From: Octopus vulgaris
Lineage: Eukaryota
Reading direction: 5' to 3'
DNA: 64,000 nt
NCBI GenBank assembly: GCA_951406725.2
Contig: OX597836.1
Coordinates: forward strand, 47,058,001-47,122,000
The position numbers and the translations under genes were made by a program. The notes under the pieces are model-generated. The model was not told the origin of the DNA, made no database searches, and saw only the letters and a program-made list of their open reading frames with translations. Every line of letters starts with the position of its first letter. Position 1 is the first letter of the stretch. This document shows, one piece after another, positions 13,482-26,319 of the stretch.

Positions 13482-13605
13482 ATATACGGGAACGTGGGAG
13501 TATTTAGAACGAAAAAACCAGTAAAATAAAGGGGAATCTGAAATATTGAGTTTACATGAAGTAACAGTGGGCGGAGTGCACCCTAAAAAATACCTACACA
13601 CAGTA

Positions 13606-14011
13606 CTCTCTCTCTTTACTCTTTTACTCTTTTACTTGTTTCAGTCATTTGACTGTGGCCATGCTGGAGCACCGCCTTTAGTCGAGCAAACCGATCCCAG
13701 GACTTAATCTTTGTAAGCCTAGTACTTATTCTATCTCAAAGTTACGGGGACGTAAACACACCAGCATCGGTTGTCAAGCGATGTTGGGGGACAAACATAG
13801 ACACAAACATATACACGCACATATATATATATATATATACATATATACGACGGGCTTCTTTCAGTTTCCGTCTACCAAATCCACTCACAAGGCTTTGGTC
13901 GGCCTGAGGCTATAGTAGAAGACACTTGCCCAAGGTGTCACGCAGTGGGACTGAACCTGGAACCATGTGGTTGGTAAGCAAGCTACTTACCACACAGCCA
14001 CTCCTACGCCT
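13606..14011 (-). mobile_element. SINE family A
   Basis: Reverse complement of the consensus with a small internal deletion. Confidence 0.95.
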
Positions 14012-14439
14012 AAGTATAAGCTATGTTAAAAAGATGCTTTTAAAAATATCAGAAATTAAAATATAACACTTAAACAGAAGAATAAATTGTGAAAACTGAA
14101 ATAGCGATAAAAAAATGTACAACAAAATAAAAACATTGGGAGTGTGAACCACAAAGATAGAGCGTAAAACGTACAAAGAAAGGAAATGGCAATATTCAAC
14201 TAGACCAAATAGTGAAATATCTACAGAGCAGAACAAAGCAAAGAAATATATGAATAAAAGAGAATATGAAGACAATACGAAAATAGAAAATTCTAACGAT
14301 GGAAAACATAGATACGATAATATAAGTAATAGATCTTCCTCTCGATAAAACTTAACGGTAAATAACACCAACAATTAAGAGAAATCTGGTCTTGAACATT
14401 GTCGATCAATTGAACAGATATCAACATATGACACACATA

Positions 14440-14737
14440 CACATTGCGTACGACTCATTGCCGAAGCATGTCTCTGTAACATAGTTCTCAAGTTTAATGC
14501 AAAATTTCACGTTGGCTCTTTGTTCCAACATCCTGTCCATAACAAAATCGCTGACGTACAGCATACACACGATCACAAAAGCACAAATTTCACAATTTGC
14601 GAAGTAAACACAGCGACGTCACCCGGCACACTGCCTTATTAAGGTCCCCGTTGGCTCTCACAGCGCACACAGCCATGTGTTGCCATCTGTTGGCGCGCTA
14701 CAGAACTAGTCCGTGAACGTTTTGAAACCACTTCGTA
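14440..14737 (-). mobile_element. Mariner 5' fragment (TIR and transposase N-terminus)
   Basis: Minus strand TA|CGAAGTGGTTTCAAAACG terminus, then MLEQRANVKFCIKL...VTET. Confidence 0.75.
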
Positions 14738-14939
14738 TATATCTAGGCAGGTACTGTACAAGCAATCTAGTATAATCCAAGTTCTGGCCCACCGCATCGA
14801 ATGGCATGGAATAACCTGGGGCTATCTCAATGTATTCCATCCCATGGGCAAAACCTCAGTTCGCTTCGTTGGATTACAAACAGTTTACTGAGTGTATTTC
14901 GAAGACAATTCAGATAAATAATGAGAATAACACATCTAC

Positions 14940-15084
14940 AGCTTGCTTACCAACCACATGGTTCCAGGTTCAGTCCCACTGCGTGGCAAATTGGGTAAGT
15001 GTCTTCTATTATAGCCTCGGGCCGACCAAAACCTTGTGAGTGGATTTGGTAGACGGAAACTGAAAGAAGCCCGTCGTATATATG

Positions 15085-15119
<35 letters not shown>

Positions 15120-15324
15120 ATATGCTTGTGTCTATGTTTGTCCCCCAACATCGCTTGACAACCGATGCTGGTTTGTTTACGTCCCCGTAACTTAGCGGTT
15201 CGGCAAAAGCGACCGATAGAATAAGTACTAGGCTTACAAAGTATAAGTCCTGGGGACGATTTGTTCGACTAAAAGGTGGTGCTCCAGCATGGCCACAGTC
15301 AAATGACTGAAACAAGTAAAAGAG
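14940..15324 (+). mobile_element. SINE family A
   Basis: Consensus match lacking the first ~25 nt. Confidence 0.93.
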
Positions 15325-15959
15325 TATAGTTTTTTGTTGTTTTTTTTTTGTCACAGTCATTTGCGCAGTATATTCTCTTAAAACTTCCCACCGACATATG
15401 TTTCAGTTGCATGGATACCTTGCTATGTGGTATTTATTTGCGTCCTGTCCATCCGGATCCGCATTTCATCCTGGTTTAAAATGTATCCAAGTAGCTTTAT
15501 TCAAGGTGTTGCCACTGTTAAAGCTTAACGCAAATATAGGGATTTAGACACCCTTACAAATAAATTCTATGTCTCTTATATCTTTAAATTCTATTCGATT
15601 TAACTACCCTTAATGTAGGCATCTCTCACAAAGTTTATTCCTATCTGTTTCACTTAATGCTGGTGGATGAAATATATTCTGACCGAGTTCAATACCTGAC
15701 ATTCTTGGTTCTACAGCTAAACTTAAGGGTCATCCTAGAATCGATCCGATAACTGACTTTGTAGCCATATCAGGGTTCTCACTCCTACCGTTCATATTTT
15801 TTGCGCTCAATACTAATTGTCCCCTACTAAAAATATAAGAAGGATCAACTACAACTGGTTGTCCAGAACCTCACAACTGAGGGACCGATGCAAGGGGGTT
15901 GGAACGATCGTTCTGATTAATAATGAATCTTGTAATTTCCATCTTCTCTTTCTCTCATT

Positions 15960-15990
<31 letters not shown>

Positions 15991-16575
15991 CAGTTGCGGC
16001 CAAAATGTTCAGAACGGCATTGTTTTCGTCAGAAAAGTAAGTATAGGTTTTTATCAAAGTAGTTTTGTATTCTATAATTTTCACAGACAATAAATACAAT
16101 ATTAATTGTTATTGTCTGATATTTTGGTGTAATTTGAGAGGATCATACAAAAGTTATGGATGATTTAGTGATTTACTGCAAAACCCATGGCGGCCAAAAT
16201 GATCAGAACGGTTGAAAAAATAACAAAATAATAAAAAATGACAGAGAATACTGGAATTATTTAATATTTAGTGTGAAGCCCTTTAGCTTCAATCAAACTC
16301 TGACATCTTCGACTGCGTGAGGAAATTAAATTTTCAATTTCTTGCTGGGTGATCTTATTCCATTCTTCCTGAAGGGCATTCCATAATTGCTCGGTTCTTT
16401 TAGGATTTCTGGCTTTCAAACGTACTCCTAGAATATTACACACATTTTCAATAGGATTGAAGTATGGGCTTTGAGCAGGCCAATCCATAACAATAACCTT
16501 TTCAGCCTTGAGGAAGTTCATGACCACCTTAGCCTTGTGACATGGGGCATTGTGACATGGGTCGTTCTGTTTACC
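15991..16575 (-). mobile_element. Tc1 transposon 3' part (transposase C-terminus and IR/DR-type terminus)
   Basis: NAPCHKAK...WPAQSPYFNPIEN...WNKITQ...RRCQSLIEAKGLHTKY. Terminus TA|CAGTTG, with the 22-nt motif gcggccaaaatg(t/a)tcagaacgg repeated at about 15996 and 16190. Confidence 0.9.
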
Positions 16576-16912
16576 ATGTAGGCAGTCATCGAAATTTCTG
16601 TTTGTCTTGTTGCCGAGAGAGGCTCCCTTTCTTTCCTGATGAGAAGATTGCATCATACACCCTTTATTCCTTTGGAATGAAACCATGTGGTCTTCGAAAC
16701 ATATGTCGAGAGTAAAGGAATTTTGTTAACATCTTCGTTCGACTCCATTCTTTCATTTATTCATATATAACACACAAATTTCTGGAAATGAACCCGGAGT
16801 TTCTACCCTTGGACAGGTCGCTTCAACCGTGTTTCTGACGCGAATTTGCTACCCTGGTATCGGTTCAACGAATTTTCCATGCTGACGATAAACATAGGAT
16901 GTGAGATATATT

Positions 16913-16934
<22 letters not shown>

Positions 16935-16951
<17 letters not shown>

Positions 16952-17000
16952 GAAGTTTTCTGTGTGTGTGTCTCTTTGTTTTTGTGTGTGCGTGTGTGTG

Positions 17001-17066
<66 letters not shown>

Positions 17067-18015
17067 ATTTTTCATCCGATTTCTTTAAAATTTTATACAC
17101 TGCTGCTTCATACCCCAAACCCGAACATAGGCTACTTAAATTTGTAAAAATCGATATTGGGGTCTCTAGAGCGATGGAAAACCAACAATAGATGATTCCT
17201 ATTCATTTGCATTAATCAGCTGTTTTATAATCTGTAGGGTCTTCCATACTTTTAAAAATCTTTTTATAAAAGTGAAAGGATTTTGTCTATCTATTTATTT
17301 CCATTGTCCACCAACGACGGTGATTAAACTGACTGAGAACACTGAACGCATACATTTCCACAATTCTCAACCGATTTTCACCGGACTTTACACACACATG
17401 ACTTATATCCCAAGGGTGGTCATGCACTAAATATTTTGCCCAGAGCTCCCGCGTAAATGGACCTAAATGGACATAGTTTTTTTGTATGAAGGATACTCTT
17501 ACTCTTTTACTCTTTTACTTGTTTCAGTCATTTGACTGCGGCTATGCTGGAGCACCGCCTTTAGTCGAGCAAATCGACCCCAAGACTTATTCTTTGTAAG
17601 CCCAGTTCTTATTCTATCGGTTTCTTTTGCTGAACCGCTACGTGACGGGGACGTAAACACACCAGCATCGGTTGTCAAGCAATGCTAGGGGGACAAACAC
17701 ACACACACAAACACACACATATATATATATACATACATATATACGACAGGCTTCTTTCAGTTTCCGTCTACCAAATCCACTCACAAGGAATTGGTCGGCC
17801 CGGGGCTATAGCAGAAGACACTTGCCCAAGATGCCACGCAGTGGGACTGAACCCGGAACCATGTGGTTGGTTAGCAAGCTACTTACCACACAGCCACTGC
17901 TGCGCCTGTGATCTTCCATATTTTTAAAATCTTTTTATAAAAGTGAAAGAATTTTGTCTATTTATTTATTTCCACCTGTGACGGTTATTAAATTGACTAG
18001 GAACACTGTACGCGA
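16935..18015 (-). mobile_element. HINE/Helentron-like element(s) with an internal ~100-bp repeat, interrupted by a SINE
   Basis: atataattgaagttttctgtgtg start and ccgatttc...aaattttatacac motifs. 17241-17352 is repeated at 17912-18013. Confidence 0.45.
17496..17907 (-). mobile_element. SINE family A
   Basis: Full-length reverse copy. Confidence 0.95.
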
Positions 18016-18701
18016 TGACTATCCAATACCAAACAATCTTAATCTCCATATTTAAAATGCATTAAACTTTGGAAAGCTTAACTTTACCTATTTTGAGTTA
18101 CTTGAAAGGTGACGTTCCCTTCCCTCTCTTCTATTTGTTGATACTTTTGTTTACCTACCAATGCGTTGTTTCACTTGAAGGATGCTTATTTACCCATCCA
18201 TTATGATATTTCGACTGTTGTCCATTTATTCAAATACGTTTTAGCATTGTCGTTCTGGCCTTTTTTAAAAACTATCACATATAATTCGTCCTAAAGAATC
18301 AACCTTTAAATAAGAGTTTTGATTCCACTAGCGAAAGCTATACACATTTGATTTTATGCAGCATTTGCTCTTAGTTTATGCGCAGGCGATGTGGGAAGAC
18401 AGAAAACAAGGGCTTTTGTTAGCTTATCTCTCCGAAAAAGTAGTTCCTTTTGCTGTCGAAAAAAATAAACTCGCAGAGGGGAAGTTTCAACGTCTTCCTT
18501 CAGTTCCATTACACCATTTATGTGGCTGTTTCTGACATGAAATTTCGCTTTCATGTAAAACAACTATATTTTGTAGTCATTACACATAATCTACACTCAA
18601 TACACTTCAACGACACCCACAATAACCAGCCTTCACCAAAGCACCTTAAACCGTCCAAAGGACAGGTGAGTTTGCTAGGATGTATATATATATATATATA
18701 T

Positions 18702-19096
18702 ACTAGCAGTATCGCCCGGCGTTGCTCGGGTTTGTAAGGGAAATAACCATATAAGCATTTTTAGAGATGTAAAGTATAATAGCCATCTCAATATGGCTAA
18801 CCACAAAGCGGGGGTGTTACTGTAGCTTTTTACGTTCTGAGATTTAATAATACATTTTTAGAGAGTTACTTCCCTTATATAAGAGCAAAAAATGCATTAA
18901 AATGGAAAAAATGATGGTAAATTTTTTTTTAAATGGTAGACTCATCGTAGACGCGCGCTAATACCCAGAAGGGCTCGATATGAATCACGACTATAAGATA
19001 TCCGCTTTTGGTTACACTGCACTGCAAAATGTGGGAGTAGTTAGGAATCTAAATCGTAGGAGACAGACACACAACTTCACTTTTATATATAAAGAT
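18702..19096 (+). mobile_element. HINE/Helentron-type non-autonomous element
   Basis: actagcagtatcgcccggcgttgctcggg...cacttttatatataaagat. A close reverse copy lies at 31621-32013. Confidence 0.8.
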
Positions 19097-19368
19097 ATAT
19101 ATATAAGAAGAAAATGGAGAAATTGCCATACAGACATCAGTTTATTCAAATATATTCAGATCAGTATAATATGAAATTCTGATCCCTACACTCGCTTCCA
19201 TATCCAATTGATTCAATTAGAGAAACTAAGTTAAATTAAATCAAAATTTTCATATTGAAACAGATGATTTTATTTCAATTGTATTTGGTAACGTTTAAGT
19301 TTTCCCTTGCTTACATAGTTGTATTAGGCATAACAATTGCGCACGAATATGGATGACGCGATACTATA

Positions 19369-19460
19369 ATATGATAATTAATTTGCAGTTTTTGATGTCA
19401 TATTTTTTGTTGGCTTCCATATTTTAATAAACGCATGCATAATTACATGATGAATATTAC

Positions 19461-19510
<50 letters not shown>

Positions 19511-19643
19511 CACACACCCCCCTAGTTCACCTTATCTGCAACACCAACACCAATAATAACTATTATGTATTGTAAACGCACACACACAACTATACTATAT
19601 CATACATATTTGTTTATATATATATATATACATATATATATAT

Positions 19644-19679
<36 letters not shown>

Positions 19680-19764
19680 GCAATATTCATCATGTAATTA
19701 TACATGCGTTTATTAAAATATGGAAGCCAACAAAAAATATGACATCAAAAACTGCAGATTAATT

Positions 19765-19772
<8 letters not shown>
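19369..19772. repeat. Inverted repeat with ~100-bp arms plus (CT)n/(AG)n
   Basis: atatgataattaatttgcag...ccgttctctc versus gagagaacgg...ctgcagattaattatcatat. Confidence 0.92.
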
Positions 19773-19829
<57 letters not shown>

Positions 19830-19831
19830 GG

Positions 19832-19882
19832 AGCTTCTACAGGACTAGAACTGTTTCATTCAAATGAAATCATCAGGAAGCT
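19832..19882 (-). ncRNA. Type I hammerhead ribozyme motif (inverted twin)
   Basis: Reverse complement of 20266-20316. Confidence 0.75.
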
Positions 19883-20025
19883 TGGTGTCAAGAATAGTTT
19901 TGGCATTTATACATTTAGGCAGATTTAATGGGGTGGTGGTGGGGGACTTTTTTGGGGTAGGCAGGGCACAAACTGTCTGTGTGTATGTATGAGTATGTGT
20001 ATATATGTATGTATATATATATGTA

Positions 20026-20075
<50 letters not shown>

Positions 20076-20265
20076 CAATAGTCTTCTTATTTACCTAAAA
20101 CTCTATTCTATTATTCTATTTATTCACTTATCTACTTTATCACTGATTCTTTTGACCACTCCCCTAAGAAAGACAGTTTGTGCCCTGCCTACCCCAAAAA
20201 GTCCCCCCCCACCACCCCATTAAATCTGCCTAAATGTATAAATGCCAAAACTATTCTTGACACCA

Positions 20266-20316
20266 AGCTTCCTGATGATTTCATTTGAATGAAACAGTTC
20301 TAGTCCTGTAGAAGCT
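20266..20316 (+). ncRNA. Type I hammerhead ribozyme motif
   Basis: agcttc-CTGATGA-tttcatttgaat-GAAA-cag(ttctagtc)ctg-TA-gaagct: 6-bp stem I, intact core, 3-bp stem III and a GUA cleavage triplet. Confidence 0.75.
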
Positions 20317-20396
20317 GCTTCTATAAAATAAATTAATTTACTCTGCTATGTATTGAGTACCTTATTTACTGTGGTTAACCCCGACTCAACCCGGGA

Positions 20397-20453
<57 letters not shown>

Positions 20454-20466
20454 CATATATATATAT

Positions 20467-20555
<89 letters not shown>

Positions 20556-20568
20556 CATATATATATAT

Positions 20569-20625
<57 letters not shown>

Positions 20626-21189
20626 CATATATATATACATATATATATACATATATATATATACATATATATATGTGTGTGTATGTGTGTATACACTTAT
20701 AACGAGTTGTTTTTAATACATTACCAAAACGCTCACATCTGAGTCTGTCAAGGGCTCGACCAACACGTTGGAATGTTTACTTTCTAGGAAACTCTCCACA
20801 GACGAAATATCCAATTAACCAGTCTCAATATGAAAATCTTAAATTAATTTGATTCGATTTAATTTCTCTAATTGAAACAATCGGATATGGAAACGGCTGT
20901 AGGGATAAGAATTTCATATTATATCGATTTGAATATCTTTGAATAGACTGATGTCTATATGCAGAGATTTCTCCGTTTTCTTCCTTTTCTCATTCATAAA
21001 TATTTTAGATACCCGTATCCATCAATGTAAAATTAACGTGTTTAGTTTCTCACTGAACACTAGTATAAACCAAAGAACTAGGATGCGAACACCCCTTAAA
21101 GGATTATAGGTCTTTGGCATGATTATATGTGTGTGTGTGTGTGTACATATATATGTATGTATACCTGTATATATGTATGTATATGTGTG

Positions 21190-21508
21190 AGGGCGCGTGG
21201 CTTAGAGGTTAGGGCATTCGGCTCATGATCGTAAGGTTGTGAGTTCGATTCCCGGCGACGCGTTGTGTCCTTGAGCAAGACACTTTATTTCACGTTGCTC
21301 CAGTCCACTCAGCTGGCAAAAATGAGTTGTACTTGTATTTCAAAGGGTCAGCCTTGTCACTCTCTGTGTCACGCTGATTATCCCCGAGAACTACGTTAAG
21401 GGTACACGTGTCTGTGGAATGCTCAGCCATTTGCACGTTAATTTCACGAGCAAGCTGTTCCGTTGATCGTATCAGCTGGGACCCTCGTCGTCGTAACCGG
21501 CGGAGTCT
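21190..21508 (+). mobile_element. SINE family B (tRNA head with CORE-like domain)
   Basis: gtggcttagaggttag A-box, gttcgattcc B-box and core tgtgtccttgagcaagacacttta...ccactcagctg. Confidence 0.88.
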
Positions 21509-21619
21509 TTAAGATGTATATGTATATTTATATATACACACACATGTGTATGTATATATATATAGCTCAACTACTAATTTTTAAAATATAATCGCACACA
21601 ACACACAAAAACCACAAAA

Positions 21620-22075
21620 TGAAACCAGCTGTTCATGCAGGGATAAAAATTTATTCCCGCTAAATGGAGCTTGTATGTTTGAGACCATTATTTATGAAGC
21701 CACCGTAGACTCTACAACCACTAAGGATACAGTTTCGACAAAGAAATATGTGGGACTCACAGAGGGGAATTTTAAGACCAGGTTCAACAATCACACCTTG
21801 AGCTGCAGGCACTGGGTTAAAAGAAAAACGACCTCATTATCCAGTCATATAGGGTCCTTAAAAGAAAAAGGTGTCGTTTACAACATACTTTGGAAAATCT
21901 TAGCCAAGTGTAAGCCTTACACCAATGGCAGTGGAAAGTGCGGTGTTTGTGAGATGGAAAGATAGCTCATCTGGAAAAGCAGCTTAGACCCCGCTACATG
22001 TCTGAATTCAAGAACTGAACTGTTTGGTTCATATCCATAAATGGCTAAATATCTGTTACGTTTCTGGTCCTACCC
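21620..22075 (+). pseudogene. Penelope-like GIY-YIG endonuclease remnant
   Basis: IIYEATV...KKYVGLTEGNFKTRFNNH...TSLSSHI...WKIL...CGVCEME...LNSRTELF, with stops. Confidence 0.85.
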
Positions 22076-22111
22076 CCACAAGATCACAGACAGAACCTGC
22101 TTTCTATATTG

Positions 22112-22112
22112 T

Positions 22113-22143
<31 letters not shown>

Positions 22144-24105
22144 ATTTGGCTCAAAAGCAAATAGCAAGGCCATGTAGGGGGACATGGAGTTAAGTACAGG
22201 GTGGTGTTCATGTAAAGAGTTCAGGCCACTTGAGGTCCAGGGAGGCTTTGAACAAAGCGGTTGTCGGCATCTTCACCATCTCGTCTGGCAGCTTGTTCCA
22301 CGGATCCGCAACCCGGACGGAGAAAGCTCCTCTCCTTCGATTGAGATGAAATCGTCGCAGGTAGAGCTTTTCGGAATGACCCCGCAGCCGACGCTCTGGA
22401 GCAGGAGTGAAGAACAGCTCTTTCGAGAGGTTACACTTTCCGCTTATGATGTTGAGGGCGAGAATGAGATCACCACGGCGGCGGCGTTTTTCAAGAGAAT
22501 AAAGGTCGAGTGTCCTCAGCCTTTCTTCGTAGGACAAATTTTTGAGACCATGAACCTGAACCATGCGGGTAGCCAGCTTCTGGACTCTTTCGAGATGTTG
22601 TATGTCTTTGAGGAGATAAGGAGAAGAGGCTTGAATCCCATACTCCAGTATGGGTCTCACCAGCGTGACATAGAGTGGTAGGAATATGGCTGCTGTGAGC
22701 ATTCCGAATGACCGTCGAATCAAGAACAGAATTCCGCGTGCTTTGTTGGCAGCATGGACGCACTGGGCCGAAGGCGAAAAGGAGGAATCCACCAAGATAC
22801 CCAGGTCCTTTACCTGATCGGTCCTCTCCAGCAGCAGACGACCCGGCTCGAAATCAAGTTGAGTTGCAGGAGTAGAGCCGACAGGCAGATGACAGCACTT
22901 TGACACGTTCAGACACAGGTCCCAATCGTTAGACCACTTCCAAATTTGGTGGAGGCATCGACGAAGATCCTCTATATTACCGCGAGGAGCGACCAGTTTG
23001 ATATCGTCGGCAAATAGAAGGGTGTGTTGCGTGAGGTCGTCGGGCAAGTCATTTATGAAGACTAAGAACAACAAGGGCCCAAGCACTGAACCTTGAGGCA
23101 CGCCACTGCTCGCACTGGAGACGTCGGACCGCGAACCATTAACTTGGACTTGGAAGGAGCGATCTGAGAGGAAGGCACCAACCCATCGTATAATATCCGG
23201 ATGGAAACTATATGCTTGAAGCTTGACAAGTAATAGGCGGTGGTTTACCGAGTCAAAAGCTTTGGCAAAGTCCAATAAAACGATGTCAACAGCATCACTA
23301 TCATCGAGGATGCGCGTCACCAATTCTTCCATTACTAGTAAGTTGGTCAAGCATGATCTCTTCGGCACGAAGCCGTGTTGGGAATCAGAGATAGAGGCTG
23401 TGTTTAGGAGGTGGAGCATCATACTTTTCTTAAGGATGGTTTCGAACATCTTGCTGATTATTGATGTATGGGAAACCGGTCGGTAGTTAAGCGGGTCTTC
23501 GCGGCTCCCTTTCTTGAAAATTGGGCAGATTATCGCTGTTCTCCAGTCTGCAGGTATAACACCCGTCGCCAATGACATATTGAACAGTCGTGTTAAGGGC
23601 TCGCAGATGACCGGAGCCAACGCTTTGATAACCCGTGGGTGTATGCCGTCAGGGCCGTGACCCTTGTTGACATCGAGGCCTTGAATAACACGTTTCACTT
23701 CGTCCCGCGTGATGACCAATCGAAGCATTGGAGGTACCGATCTATCAAATGGAGGGGGATCACGACCATCATCTTGTTTGAAAATAGTTGAAAAAGCCTC
23801 GGCAAATAATTGACTCTGTTGATAAGGGTCCTCAATCGATACACCTGTTGAGTCTACCAACGTTGCAATCTGGTTGTTCAAGCGGGAATTCCGCTGGACA
23901 TGGGCAAAGAAGGTTTTGGGATTGCTACTGGCATTTGCCGCGATTTTGTATTCGTAACTGAAGCGTTCTTTCTTTTCAATTTTCACGGCTCGGTCTCGTT
24001 GAGTTTTGTACACCTCAAAAGCTGCAGTCGAATCCAGATTTTTGAATTCAGCCCAAGCAATATCTCTGAGTCGACGATATTGTGTCCACTTGCAAGCATT
24101 TTATC
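22112..24105 (-). mobile_element. Young 5'-truncated CR1-type LINE with (TAAC)n tail
   Basis: Intact RT ORF, short 3'UTR and a tandem-repeat tail at 22112-22143. No endonuclease domain or ORF1 is present. Confidence 0.95.
22208..24013 (-). CDS. LINE ORF2 reverse-transcriptase portion (601 aa, CR1-like)
   Basis: NYRPVS, QHGF...RSCLTNL, DFAKAFDSV, GVPQGSVLGPLLF, FADD, VKDLG, LVRPILEY, SYEERL...YSLEKRR, LRGH. Confidence 0.93.
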   Translation of the reverse strand: MYKTQRDRAVKIEKKERFSYEYKIAANASSNPKTFFAHVQRNSRLNNQIATLVDSTGVSIEDPYQQSQLFAEAFSTIFKQDDGRDPPPFDRSVPPMLRLVITRDEVKRVIQGLDVNKGHGPDGIHPRVIKALAPVICEPLTRLFNMSLATGVIPADWRTAIICPIFKKGSREDPLNYRPVSHTSIISKMFETILKKSMMLHLLNTASISDSQHGFVPKRSCLTNLLVMEELVTRILDDSDAVDIVLLDFAKAFDSVNHRLLLVKLQAYSFHPDIIRWVGAFLSDRSFQVQVNGSRSDVSSASSGVPQGSVLGPLLFLVFINDLPDDLTQHTLLFADDIKLVAPRGNIEDLRRCLHQIWKWSNDWDLCLNVSKCCHLPVGSTPATQLDFEPGRLLLERTDQVKDLGILVDSSFSPSAQCVHAANKARGILFLIRRSFGMLTAAIFLPLYVTLVRPILEYGIQASSPYLLKDIQHLERVQKLATRMVQVHGLKNLSYEERLRTLDLYSLEKRRRRGDLILALNIISGKCNLSKELFFTPAPERRLRGHSEKLYLRRFHLNRRRGAFSVRVADPWNKLPDEMVKMPTTALFKASLDLKWPELFT

Positions 24106-24131
24106 TCTCTATATTATATATACATACATAC

Positions 24132-24189
<58 letters not shown>

Positions 24190-24193
<4 letters not shown>

Positions 24194-25070
24194 AAACAAG
24201 TCAAAAATAGAAAATGCTAAAATAATTTTATAGTGAACATTTCAGTACCGGTTTCGGTCATTTTGAGACCTTTTCAACTGTAACGATTAAATAATTAAAT
24301 TTAGAAAAATTAGAAGAAAAGTTTTTTTAAAAGAATATTTCTATAGTAGTGTTCAGATTTAAGTGGCATTCTGCCTTTCTCTGACTCCCTTGTTTGCACT
24401 TGTGTGTTGGAGGTTGTTGTGAGTTCTTGGTAGGGTAGTAGAGGAAGAAGGCTGGTGAGGAAAGGGGGTGGGAGAATCTGGGAGTGCCCTGATGGTCGTA
24501 TTTTGAATGGTCAGTGGCGGCTGGCAGTCTCAGTTCAATTCAGGAGAATATTTATATTGACAGGCTTGTTTATAGAATTTGCGTAGGTGTTATACTAAAA
24601 AACATCAGTGACAAAGTTAAGGGGTAGGAGGTGGAGAAGTAGAAGAAGAAGAAGAAGAAGAAGAAGAAGAAGAAGAAGAAGAAGATGACGATGTTGATGA
24701 TGATGATGATGAAGAAGAAGAAGAAGGAGAAGGAGAAGATGACGATGATGATGATGGTGGTGATGATTATGACGACGATGATGATGATAATGATGATGAT
24801 GAAGAAGAAGAGGAAGAAGAAGAAAAAAACAGAGAAGGGAGAATATGAATGGGTTAAAGTAGTGAGGTGTTGTATGACTTGAAGTTGGTATGTTATGGAT
24901 TATAGCTGTGATTTTAGTAATGGATTAGTAATGGATTCTTTGGAATGTAATATTTGTGTGTGAATATTTCTTTTATTCTAAAGTTGAGGTATATTAATTG
25001 TTTGTCGTAGACCCGTTAAGAAGTGGCCTGTATTTTGCAATAAAGAGAGTTTCTTTACTTATATACATAT
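24190..25070 (-). mobile_element. Penelope-like 3' remnants (endonuclease C-termini and a degenerate hammerhead at 24243-24280)
   Basis: Minus translations ETLFIAKYRPLLN and LRKFYKQ...KYSPELN. Motif cag-TTGAAAA-ggtc(tcaaaat)gacc-GAAA-ccgg-TA-ctg. Confidence 0.5.
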
Positions 25071-25768
25071 TTTTTACATATTTATATATATATTTATATT
25101 ATATAGCTTTATATAATTTTACATATTTTTCTGTATTTTACCTTTCACCCTGCATTTTTCTTGTACATGCTTGTATATAGACGTGTATATGAATTTTTTT
25201 GTGTGCGCATGGGTATATACACGTGTATGTATGTGCATGTGTGCGGGTATATATATATATATATGTACAGGTATATGAACATGTGTATGGTTGCAGATAT
25301 GTGTGAGTGTACATGCGAGTGTTTCACGCAATGTGAGTGAGCATATGCATATGTGCGTATTTCTGAATATAATTGTGTGCGTATGGGTATATGCACGTGT
25401 GTATGTGTACGCGCGTGTGCAGATATGCATACGTGTACATGCATGGTTGCATGTATATGTGCATATATAGGCGCATGTATGGGTGTGCTTGTATGAGTGT
25501 GCATGTATGTGTTTCACGCGAGTGTAATGAGCATATGCATATAGGCACATGTATGTGGGTGTGCGTGCGCGCATGTGTAGGCATGTACATTCGCCCTTAC
25601 GCGATTTCTATGAGCATTTTTACTTCCTTCCTTGTTTACTTTCTCCCCTTCGGTTTTTTCCCCTTCTTTAACGGTCATTCTAATAGCTCTTTTGTCTTAA
25701 TAACGGTCAGATACATAGTAATTTCCCTTTGTTTAACGGTCATTTTCATAGCATTTTTTGATTGCCTC

Positions 25769-25829
25769 GATAACTGACGAGATGCCGGAGCAGTTTTCCG
25801 CCCCGACATCCGAAACTCGGAGTCTTATT
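25769..25829 (+). ncRNA. Type I hammerhead ribozyme motif in a Penelope-like pLTR fragment (about 25590-25860)
   Basis: gataa-CTGACGA-gatg...catcc-GAAA-ctc(g)gag-TC-ttatt. Confidence 0.7.
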
Positions 25830-25881
25830 ATAGCAACCGAATAATTGTCACATATCATATTACATACATACATACATACAT

Positions 25882-25971
<90 letters not shown>

Positions 25972-25974
25972 GTA

Positions 25975-26120
<146 letters not shown>

Positions 26121-26153
26121 TATATACATATATATATACATATATAGAGAGAG

Positions 26154-26244
<91 letters not shown>

Positions 26245-26319
26245 GTAAATTAAAAAACGAACAAACACAAAAAACAACAACGCGAGGACGTGGTACATGT
26301 AAAGTATTAGCAGATACTC

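Larger units (their letters stand above)
19824..20400. mobile_element. Penelope-like pLTR pair in inverted orientation (19824-19978 and 20171-20325)
   Basis: Near-identical ~155-bp inverted arms, each containing a hammerhead motif. Confidence 0.75.
19106..20984. repeat. Old ~155-bp inverted repeat pair (19106-19260 and 20823-20984) enclosing two younger inverted repeats
   Basis: Read by eye as diverged reverse complements. Confidence 0.8.

Noticed and set aside
15360-15915. Possible decayed LTR-retrotransposon coding remnant
   Set aside because: Only a vague resemblance, with no motif I can state with confidence.
22184-23486. Plus-strand ORFs of 165 and 87 aa
   Set aside because: They are antisense shadows of the CR1 RT ORF.
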